DNA from: Macrostomum lignano
Taxonomy: Eukaryota
DNA: 64,000 bases
NCBI GenBank assembly: GCA_002269645.1
Contig: NIVC01002656.1
Location: forward strand, 121,846-185,845
Direction: 5' to 3'
The first letter of the stretch is position 1. Each line of letters starts with the position of its first letter. This document shows positions 1 to 31,063 of this stretch, one piece after another. Position numbers and translations under genes: made by a program. The notes beneath the pieces were generated by a model that saw only the letters and a program-made list of their open reading frames with translations, had not been told where the DNA came from and did not search any database.

Positions 1-74
1 CCCTGTTTGTCGGAGTCTCAGTTGAGGATAGTTCTTTGCGGATGGCGCCGTAGAGTTCACTTCTGGAGCCGTCG

Positions 75-410
75 AAGCCGCGGCGCGGTCGCCGACGAAG
101 CCGCCGGCGCGGTCGCCGACGAAGCGCGGCGCGGTCGCCGACGAAGCCGCGGCGCGGTCGCCGACGAAGCCGCCGGCGCGGTCGCCGACGAAGCCAACGA
201 AGCCGCCGGCGCGGTCGCCAATGAAGCCGCCGGCGCGGTCGCCGACGAAGCCGCCGGCGCGGTCGCCGACGAAGCCGCCGGCGCAGTTGCCGACGAAGCT
301 GACGAAGCCGCCGGCGCGGTCGCCGACGAAGTCGCCGGCGCGGTCGCCGACGAAGTCGCCGGCGCGGTTGCCGACGAAGCCGACGAAGCCGCCGGCGCGG
401 TCGTTGGAGC
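75..410. repeat. GC-rich ~24-bp tandem repeat (GCCGACGAAGCCGCCGGCGCGGTC), possibly coding
   Basis: Visible periodicity. It translates as ADEAAGAV (+) or SSATAPAA (-) repeats. Confidence 0.85.
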
Positions 411-748
411 CCAGTCGATGACTCGAGAGTCTTGATGTGCTGGTTGACTCAGGCACTCAGAAAGGGCCGTGAATCTTAGGGTGCGAAGCCGCTCCAAAAC
501 ACTAATGAGGATGCGTGGGCTCCACGCTCTGCCGATTCTGTTCGCTGCCCACGTGCACCAACGAGCCAGCCAGCCCTGAGCTCATCCAGTGGTCCTGACA
601 GACGGAGTTGCTCCATTCTCGCAGCGGTAGCGAACTGGGTGTCGTAGTGCAGCCTCATGTCGGCCGTCGTGTGGACCAGCCACTGTTGAGCATTGTGGTC
701 GAAGCGGCGATGGGACTCCTCGCACTGAAGGCTGGGCAGAGGAACCAG

Positions 749-750
<2 letters not shown>

Positions 751-811
<61 letters not shown>
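751..811. repeat. (CT)n microsatellite
   Basis: Direct reading. Confidence 0.98.
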
Positions 812-814
<3 letters not shown>

Positions 815-964
815 CATTTTTTAAATGTTTTTTAGGTGACAGACCAATTTAACATGAAAAATCGATTAATGCGTCGTTAGAGCAGCATGTGAGGCACAAA
901 ATAGTGTGGTTAGGACTTTCTCTGACACTTTTAAGAGACCCAATCACTGTTTTTGTGTTGAAAA

Positions 965-1245
965 TCGTGAAATTTCCTATCTCCGTAGTGTATTTTTCCG
1001 GTGAAACCTGCCTTTAAAACTATTTCTGAACGAAAAGCTTTATGATTATCGATAGAGCAATAAGAAAGGCACAACATATCCAAAGATGAACACTGGATCC
1101 GCCTCCTATCAAAAGCAATAACAATTTTGTGCTGAAAAAATTAAAACCTCCTATCTCTGTAGTGTCTTTTTCGGCGAAAAGTTGCCTTCAAAACATTTAC
1201 CATGGATTTCGAGTGTTGCGTCCTTCTACTTAAGTTAAGTCCTTG
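965..1245. mobile_element. Degenerate relic of the same long-TIR MITE family (right TIR portion)
   Basis: It shares TTTCTGAACGAAAAGCTTTAT..ATCGATAGAGCAAT..CACTGGATC(C/T)GCCTCCTATCAAAAG..GTCCTTCTACTTAAGT..GTCCTTG with 37820-38042. Confidence 0.8.
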
Positions 1246-1338
1246 CTGCGGCTCCAGTGAAAAGCACACGATTTGCGATTCGCTCCATCTACTTTTAGCT
1301 GTCCAGGCCTCAAGCGCGCTCGTCGCTCTATTATCATT

Positions 1339-1846
1339 TCATTTGCAGGTGCCGCTGGCGGAGCCCGCACTGCTGGAGCCCGCTGCCGACCTATCAGCCG
1401 CCAGTCGCCTTCGGACGTCGCGCCAGTCGCGATACGCCACCGCCAGGAAGTGTCGCGTCAGCCCACCATCTCCAGCGCCAGCTCGGATTGACGAAATGCG
1501 GCCGCGTGGCAGACGAACTGCAGCGAGGGCAGCTGGTCGACCCAGGCGAAGATGCGGCCGCACCCGGCGGCTGAGGCACAGTAGTACGCGATTCTCTCCG
1601 GTGGTGAGAGACAATTCTCGCCCGTATCAGCCAGGTGCAGCTTCAGGCCTTCGTGCGTCACCGTCATGTAGGCTTTGCGACCTTCGCCGCGAGCTAGAAG
1701 CTCCGACACGCCGAGGATGTGTCGAATCGCACGTCTTTGGCTTCTAGTGCAGAGTTGACGGCTACGCTGCAGTTGCCCAAGTAGTACACGGTGTGCACCG
1801 TGACAAAGCCGTTAAAACGGGCTTTGCCACTGCGTTTTGTTAGCAT
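1339..1846 (-). CDS. FAM43-like PTB/PID-domain protein, single exon, two apparent 1-nt frameshifts (~1730 and ~1462-1464)
   Basis: Joining three overlapping minus-strand frames gives MLTKRSG..VHTVYYLGNCSV..IRHILGVSELLARGEGRKAYMTVTHEGLKLHLADTGE..ERIAYYC..RIFAWVD..FVCHAA..ALEMVG/LTRHFLAVAYRDWRDVRRR. This follows the PTB pattern of FAM43A as I recall it (TYTVLYLGN..VTYC..VFAWVY..CHAV..C-terminal helix). It could be a pseudogene. Confidence 0.65.
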
Positions 1847-2870
1847 TTTTGTGGATGGCGGCGCGGAGTCAGCTAGTCTGGGCAAGAATTAGCGTATTTG
1901 AGTATTTATTGTCTGTTGCCCCTTTGTCTCTTCTAGCCATGTTCGCCTACGCTCCTTCTGTTCTCATCCCGATGCTCTCTGTCTGCTTCTCTGTCGCTCG
2001 TCCCTTCTATCGCTTCTAAATACCCCGCGGTATGGCATGTATAAGTACATAAACGGCTTGGCTACAAGCTCACAAAATCACATAGCATGCAATAAATTCA
2101 GTACCTCCCTCCCCTTGCCCTGCAAATTTTGTCCACCCGACTCTCAATCTCCTCTGCCCCCCAGTCTCTCTCACGGCTCTCTCTCTCCATTAGCCGTTTG
2201 TATTGACCATTTCATGTTTAAGAGGAATTGTGTGGGAAAGAGAAACATCATTCATGAAGCTTCTGCTGGCTATATAGCATAATGAGCTTGAATTGAGCCC
2301 GCTTCAATAAGGGTTGCTACACGACTTAAAAAGCAGAAATATTATAAATGATGGATGCGTTTGTGCTCAGAAATGGTTCATTAGAGTAGCTAGGTAACTA
2401 TAGCTGATTCCATTAATTTCCTTTGTGTGTGGTGCGAAGCAGAAGAATTCAAACAAAATGCGCGCATGGTCTAAAAAAGACATCTGTATGGTTGGATTTC
2501 ATCAATACTTTCTATGTGCATTCAGGGCCTCGGAGTGTACACTCAGCTCAGCACTGTACGCAATGTACGTATACAGCTTCCTTTCCTACCGTACGCACAT
2601 TGAAGCTTGTCCACTTTAGTTTGTTCTACTAACTCAAAGCAGAATTCCTATCTATTACCGAAAAAAATTCACTTTGAAATCCTAAGATGTCCCCCGAATA
2701 TGACTTTATTTAAAATTAACCGCACAGTAAAAAAAATTGTTAAAATAAGCTTCATTCGTTGTATGAACTTTTCTTGATAATTCAAATTAGAGTTACAACG
2801 ATAAAGCGACCGATTTCTGGCCAAGTGGCACGGCTAAATATACCTGTATTGTCCGGAAAAAAACTTGAGA

Positions 2871-24030
<21,160 letters not shown>

Positions 24031-26119
24031 GATTTGGGATGACATCGAATAGATTTCAATTGAGCACTGAGCACTCGAAATAACGACTTAACTTGGCGTT
24101 GAAGTCTGTACGCGCCCCTAACTTAATTTTTGTTGATTGTTAAAACATTATTTCGTTTTAAAAAGCGTTTTAAATGTGCTAACCCCGTACGGACATTCAA
24201 TACCGTTTTAGAGAGTGCAACAACCAATGCCAGCTCGTAGATTTTTGCGCTTTCTGACGTAAGCTTGATTGAGATCTAGAAGAACTGAACCGACAAAATA
24301 TGATGAAATGTTGAAAATTTATCAAATTGGCAAATAATTCTATATCATGTACTTATATTTAACTTGATTTTTCTTCAATTACAAAGCTAAGACTTGAAAT
24401 TGCTGGATAAATATCAGAATGATACAAAAAAATGACTTGATTGAAGCTTCCTAGCGCGATAGCTCGTATGCAGCGCTAGATTCGGCTAAATGGATAATCC
24501 TCCCGAGGGAGTGGAGCGAGGTCCGTGGGGGCATTTCCTGCCTAGCATTCGCAGAAACCAAATGGTCAAACTGTTGTTTCGGCTATATGCCTGCGCACTT
24601 TGCCTTTTTTACATTCCTTCCTGCGGGGAGTGGGGCAGAGCCTTTCAGGCGCTCTCTGGTTCCTGCAGCCCAGGTAGGTAGCAGGCGGACTTTGCGGGCG
24701 CATTAGGAGGTTGGGGTCGGACGGTTAGCCCGCAAAACCAGGGGGATTCAACTGTCAGGCGAGTGCACGGAGGTTGCATCAGGTTTTAGGGTTCGTCAGT
24801 AGCTTAGTAGCTAGGTAGGCAGGCAGACAGGCAGGCGGATGTACGGGCGTCGAGATAAGTTCCGCGGCCTTCACCCGCCCACTTCGGCCAGCAAGCCGAT
24901 TTGCGCACTAACTTCAAGGAAGGAACGAAAGCGAACCAATAATTTCAATCAGTTGTACAGCACCCCGCCCTCATCATCTCTCTCCGCCTATTTTCTCCAG
25001 TGTTTCAAAGCGGATCGCATTCATCCCTCACACTTTATTTGGCAAGTTTGACTTCAAGCGCCTGGCAAGATTTTTTGCCTGAATCTGCAAGTAGCTCGCA
25101 GCCTCAGAATTTTTCAGACACTCAGAACGATAAATAGACAGAGTGCAGGAGACCGATTTAAGGGGTTCAGTCTCTGACAGAATCGAAGAGGATTTTGTGC
25201 AAAACCGATCAATTCGAAGGTTTCCGCTGTAAGTCGCTGCGGAGCATTTTTTGTTTCTTACATTTTCTTTCTTGTCTACTGTGCGAGCGTAGGCATCAGT
25301 TGTAGTTTTAAATGGAGAAATATCAAAGAGATAAATGAGAGTACATTAAATTTACTAGAACCTGAGCTATTCCAGCGAAATCTTTTAACACCTTGGAGCC
25401 TCACTAGGTCTTCTCGCTAGATTTTTTGATGCTCCATGGAGAGACACTTCACCGTGTCTATCAGCACCCAGCCAGATTTCATGACATCTCTTTTGATCCT
25501 AGAATTCCTCATCCTGTTTTTAAGACGTAATGCACAAAAACACGAAAGACACTCGTGAGGTCCAAAGCCCGGGGCATGGAGGGTGCGTAAATGCCAGACA
25601 AATGGAAAGTTAGGGGCGCCGTAAACCCTGCGTGAGCATGCGTCTGCTGCGTACATGTCCGTATGTGTGTTCCTGCTGCGTACATATCCGTTTGAGTGTG
25701 CCTGCTTCGTACATATCCGTATGTGTGTTCCTGCTGCGTACATATCCGTTTGAGTGTGCCTTTTTTATTAGAGGCAGGGGGGTTGTGTGCACCCTGGCGC
25801 ACTTTAAGCGACATTGGCACACAACCGGCGAGAGGCATTACTGCCCATTCCGACGACTCCCCTGAGCAGGCATACAAGCGCGCGGATACGTACGCAGGCA
25901 CACACTCACACAGGAGTGTACAGCGGCCCTAACTTTATTTTATCGTTAGGCATGTACACTTCACTGCGCCTTGGGGGGTTGGCTCTCAAGGCCGTTAATT
26001 GCACGAGCAGAGCCAAGCCGAGATTCCAATTCAGCCCCAAATTAATGCGACTGCACTTGGAATCGAGCCTGGGTCGCTGGCACACCAGAGCCTGCGCTAG
26101 ACCGCTGGGCTACGGCCCC

Positions 26120-26385
26120 CCATGTGTGTGCCTGCTGCGTACATATCCGTATGTGTGTGCCTGCTGCGTACGTATCCGTATGTGTGCCTGCTGCGTGCAT
26201 ATCCGTATGTGTGCCTGCTGCGTACATATCCGTATGTGTGCCTGCTGCGTACATATCCGTATGTGTGCCTGCTGCGTACATATCCGTATGTGTGCCTGCT
26301 GCGTACATATCCGTACTGTATGTGTGCCTGCTGCGTACATATCCGTATGTGTGCCTGCTGCGTACATATCCGTATGTGTGCCTGC
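26120..26385. repeat. 27-bp minisatellite (GTGTGCCTGCTGCGTACATATCCGTAT); related short array at ~25630-25760; mirrors at ~53160-53425 and ~53785-53915
   Basis: Direct reading. Confidence 0.93.
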
Positions 26386-26644
26386 TCAGGGTTCAGCAGT
26401 ATATGAATGACTGCTTTCCTTCCTGTCGCATTGATTCTTAACTGTGCTCAAGGCAAGGCCCTGCGAACTGACTGACTAGACGATGCATCACTAGCATTGC
26501 AGCATGACTCCATGCATCGTACTGGCCTTCTGACACTCAGCCACTAGAAAAGTCCATGCATTTTTTTGTTTCTTATGAAATGTCGAAATTCCGTTTCCAG
26601 TCAACTCAAAACGCCGTCTCCAGCCTCGACCGTAAAGCAAAAAA

Positions 26645-27807
26645 ATGATCAACGACTTCTTCCGACGCCTCGATGGCGAATCAAAACGGTCCTCCGACCA
26701 TCACCAGTCGAACAACAGTGGTGGTGGCGGCGGCAGCGGTGGCAGCGGCGGCGGCGGCGGCGGAGTTCGCGGCCACGTGGAGAAGCAGTCGGACGGCTCG
26801 CTGCTGTACCGGGTGGCGTTTGACGTTCACGGATACGGGCCGGACGACCTGCGCATCAGCCTGATTGGCGACCGGACCGTCCAGGTAGGTTAATCACTTT
26901 CATTTACTTTAAATAGACTTTAAATAGATAAAATTTTGTGTTTTCGTGCCGTGACTTTATCAGTGGTTCAAGGAGGTACCCTGCTTACTATGATAGATTT
27001 TTTATCATTTTATGCTATCTGTAGGGAGTAAAATCAATGAAATTGCTCTACATCTAAGCGAATTAGACACCCGTTCTGATCTAATGGCACCTCAAGGTGT
27101 GGTCATTCATCAATAAATATCCCCCAGTTCATTAGCGCACCAAAAGCCACATAGCTTACAGAGAGTTCTTCTCCGACACCACCGCACCGCAGGTGTCCGG
27201 CAGGGCCAGCCTGTCCGACGCTGGCTCTGGCAAACGGACCAACGTATCCTTCGACGAGCAGTTCACCCTGCCGGATGGGGTGGACACCAGCCAGCTGCGC
27301 TCGATGGTGACCAACGGTCAACTGGTTTTGTCGGCGCCGATTTTGTCCAGCGGCGTCAAGTCGTCCAACTCAACTCTTCTGACTCCATCATCCGCTCAGC
27401 GGCAAGCTCAGAATCCTCCTGCTTCATCGCAGCAGCATCATCAACAGCAACAGCAACAGCAGCAACAGCAGCAGCAGCAACAACCACAGCACTCAACACT
27501 GAAACGGGTGAGCCTCTATCAGCTCGAGCTGGACCTTGGCCGGGGAGAGTTCTCCGCCAGCGACGTCCGCGTCGCCACCACCGATTCTGGCGCTCGCCTG
27601 GTGGTGCACTGCCAGCGACAGGCCCGCAGCGCCGGCAAAACCTCCTTCAGGGAGTTCCGTGACGAATTCGACCTGCCGACGGGCCTTGACTTGGCCCGCA
27701 TGACCGCCAGGCTGCGCAGCGACGGTCGCGTGTTCGTCGAAGCGCCGTTCCGACCGGAGCCGGAGCCCGGGTTCGAGTCCCAGCCGCTAACTGTGGTGCA
27801 TCATTGA
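26645..27807 (+). CDS. Small heat-shock protein with two alpha-crystallin domains and a polyQ linker (exons 26645-26884, 27193-27807; 284 aa)
   Basis: ACD1 spans the phase-0 intron (YRVAFDVHGYGPDDLRISL..|VSG..FDEQFTLPDGVD..LRSMVTNGQLVLSAP). ACD2 is LELDLG..F..SDVRV..LVVHC..FRDEFDLPTGLD..ARLRSDGRVFVEAP. Splice sites are CAG|gtaggt and ccgcag|GTG. Confidence 0.85.
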
Positions 27808-29626
27808 ACACTCGTATATTGTTGTTAGCTATCCCCGCCTGTCTTTGTCCGTAATTTAACTACCCGCAGGCCTCAAAGAAGTTTTTTTTGCAACCAATAT
27901 TTACTTACTGACTGAGTTTTGTGTCTCGCTGTAAGTCTTACTTGGCTTCAGTGCTGCTGTTGCTTCAGATTTTCACGGACAATTTTCATGTGTGAAACGC
28001 ATTGCTGTCTCAGCTTTCGCTTGGCTGGCTCTGTAGACTCAGAATCCGATTTTTTGTTCAGAAGATTCATAACACATTTTATTACAAAAGACTCTCTCAG
28101 TTCCGTGTTAGCACGCTTAGCCTAAGTCAGTAGTATGTCGAGCGCATTTTGTACTGCTTTGGTTTGTTTAATTTTGCAAAGCTCATTGTTAGCCGCTGCT
28201 GTGCATGGGTTGCTCTCTTCCACCATGATCTTATCTTATAAGCTTTTAAATTCGTTTTCGGTCATTAATAATAAAAATTGTCTCGTTCGTTCGACTTGCT
28301 TTGCTTTCCACTGCAAGCCAGTGTGGGAAACTCAGTTTTTTTAGGCCTAATTTTTTATCTAGTAAACTTATGGATTTAAAAATGATATTATCCACACCTC
28401 TGGAACATCCTCAGATCCTCAAAAACTTATTCTAAATACTAAACACCCACGAAATAATAAAGTTTAAGGGACCATGCTTGGGTTTTTGTGTCACAGCGTG
28501 GATTTCAGCGTGGTAGGGTAGAGATGCTGGTATTTTATTTGATTTTTTGTAACTTTTTGTAACTGATACCAACTGAAATCCTGGCTGTCACCTTGACATC
28601 CTGAATTTGGAGTTGGGATATCACTGAGCCTAAAAACACCCAGGATGTGTTGAATTGGTGTCGTTTCACTGGATATTGCAAAAAACTTTTTTTAAATGTG
28701 ACAGACGCTTGGCACTTGGCATGTCCCAAAAACTTTCGCTAGGAGGGGGGGGGGCAAACACCCCCTGCCCCTAAAACTGAAAGCATGCAGTCACTTTTCG
28801 TTTAATTCTCATCAAAATCCAAAATTCAAAATGCATAATTCAAAGCGGCGCATTCCTCTCGCTGAAATCTGGACATTCTCGAGGCCTGCCTGATCGATGT
28901 CGCGAAACTGCCGAAGCCAGCCTCCCAGCCTCCTCCATCGGGTCGGAACTCGGGCCGCACCCCGTGTCTGCCCTCCCCCCCCTCTGTTCCCCATTCTCCA
29001 TGAATCTGAAATGAAGTCCTGAGGGGGAGGAGTGGGGAGTCTGGGAGCGAAATTTTTGTTTGCCCATTTGTGAGTCAGATTGGGAAATCGGAGGAGACGG
29101 ACGCCGACTCTCAAACACACAATCTCCCTCTCTCCCCCCCCCACAAGTCATCGGCTTGGCCGGCCCTTCAGGCCAGAGAAAGCGGCTTCAGCTCGAGCCC
29201 GGCACCAGCCCAACCCCCCCCCCCATATTCTCTCTGCAGCTGCAGCTGTGAGCTGAACTAAGCTGAATAATTCACGGACTCTCCCAGCGCTTGGCAGGAG
29301 CAGAAGAAGCCTGCGCCTGCATGGCGTGGATCAGCAATCGCTTGGATGAGGCGGCGGCATTGAGACAATGCCCTGATGAAGGAATAATAGGGGGAGACTC
29401 TGCAGACCAACTCAGAAGATAACGATTTAACAAATTACAAGTGACAAGTGGCATGTTTTTACCTTTTAGCGTTTCATTCGAATCGAAGAGACAGTTTCTT
29501 AAAACTTTTAACATTGTCCAAAAATCGTTTAAGTTTTGAGCTTGGGAAATTGACTTTTTTATTTTAGTATTTTTTTGCAAACGCTCCGAGATACATGTAG
29601 ATTTGAAAGCAACAGTATTTGCCGAC

Positions 29627-30170
29627 TATAGACCCCGGGGTTAAGACCATAGACTGTAGCTCTGCTGTTCTCCAAAAGCTAGTGTCTGTGGCCCTATCCC
29701 CGGGGTTAAGACCATAGACTGTAGCTCTGCTGTTCTCCAAAAGCTAGTGTCTGTGGCCCTATCCCCGGGGTTAAGACCATAGACTGTAGCTCTGCTGTTC
29801 TCTAAAAGCTAGTGTCTGTGGCCCTACCCCCGGGGTTAAGACCATAGACTGTAGCTCTGCTGTTCTCTAAAAGCTAGTGTCTGTGGCCCTACCCCGGGGT
29901 TAAGACCATAGACTGTAGCTCTGCTGTTCTCTAAAAGCTAGTGTCTGTGGCCCTACCCCCGGGGTTAAGACCATAGACTGTAGCTCTGCTGCTCTCCAAA
30001 AGCTAGTGTCTGTGGCCCTAACCCAGGGGTTCAGATAGTAGACTGTAGCTCTGCTGCTCTCTAAAAGCTAGTGTCTGTGGCCCTACCCCGGGGTTAAGAC
30101 CATAGACTGTAGCTTCTGCTGCTCTCAAGCATTAGCAGCACCCAGTGTCTGTGGCCCTAACTCCGGGGTT
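29627..30170. repeat. ~65-bp tandem array (~8 copies); mirror at ~49380-49920
   Basis: Unit CCCCGGGGTTAAGACCATAGACTGTAGCTCTGCTGTTCTCTAAAAGCTAGTGTCTGTGGCCCTA-like. Confidence 0.95.
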
Positions 30171-31063
30171 TTTGGGGCCTCGTAGACGGCTGCTAAATAT
30201 ATTAGCGAATGCTGAAGTGACGCATCTATGTAATACAGAATCTGTGCTCGAGATTTCGTTGGCATCTTAATACGCTCGTAGAATCTTGATGAAACCGAAC
30301 TACTTGTAATTTGTCACCTGTAGATAGATTTACAACGCTCTTCTGGAAGAACGGATTCAAGCCGGGAAATTTTAGCCAATCCAGCCAGCCGGAGTCAGTC
30401 AGTCGTCAGTCAGCAGGGCTTTGGCAGGTTTGCTGGGTCACCTACTGGCGCCCCTCTCCACCTCCCCTCAGCAATATTCCCAGATCCCCATTCCTGCCTA
30501 CCCGGGGCCTTGCTGGGCGATGCGAGGGAGGGGGGAGGCCGCAGGCCCGGAATGAGGGCAGAAGAGAGAAGGGAGAGGGGGAGGCTGGGGAGAGACGGGG
30601 GGTGCGCCAGAACACTCATCTAATATTCCATTTGCAAAGCTAAATAATTAATGAGGTGAGCTTTTCTTCTGTTGGCGATGGTAGGTCTGTTTGAGCCGCG
30701 TGAATATTTAATGGGCCGTGTGTTTGACGCCGCGATACGGTCTGGGCCTCAATAATTCAGGCGCACACTTAGCATTTATGCATAGAAATAGAGGCAAATT
30801 CAAACGAAGCCAAACTGGAAGCTCAACTCCTCGCTTTTGGAGCAGCAGGCAGGAAGGCAGGCAACTCCCCGGGCAAAGTCTCTCTCTCTCTCAGTTCCCT
30901 CTCTGTCACTTGCTCCCGGCAGCTGACTGCCGCACCGTTATAATCCTGCAGGAATCGGCAGCAGCAGCAACAAACCGTTTGCCGAATATTTTCTTCTGCT
31001 TATTGTTGTCAATTGGAGATAAAAACCTCGTTTGAACTCGACTTTGGCGCAGTGTCGTCACTC

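Noticed and set aside
26500-26644. Heat-shock elements upstream of the sHSP
   Set aside because: Only a partial GAAATTCC was seen, with no three alternating nGAAn units.
28340-29620. Possible DNA transposon between the sHSP and the 65-bp array
   Set aside because: The composition is suggestive, but I could not find matching TIRs or a TSD.
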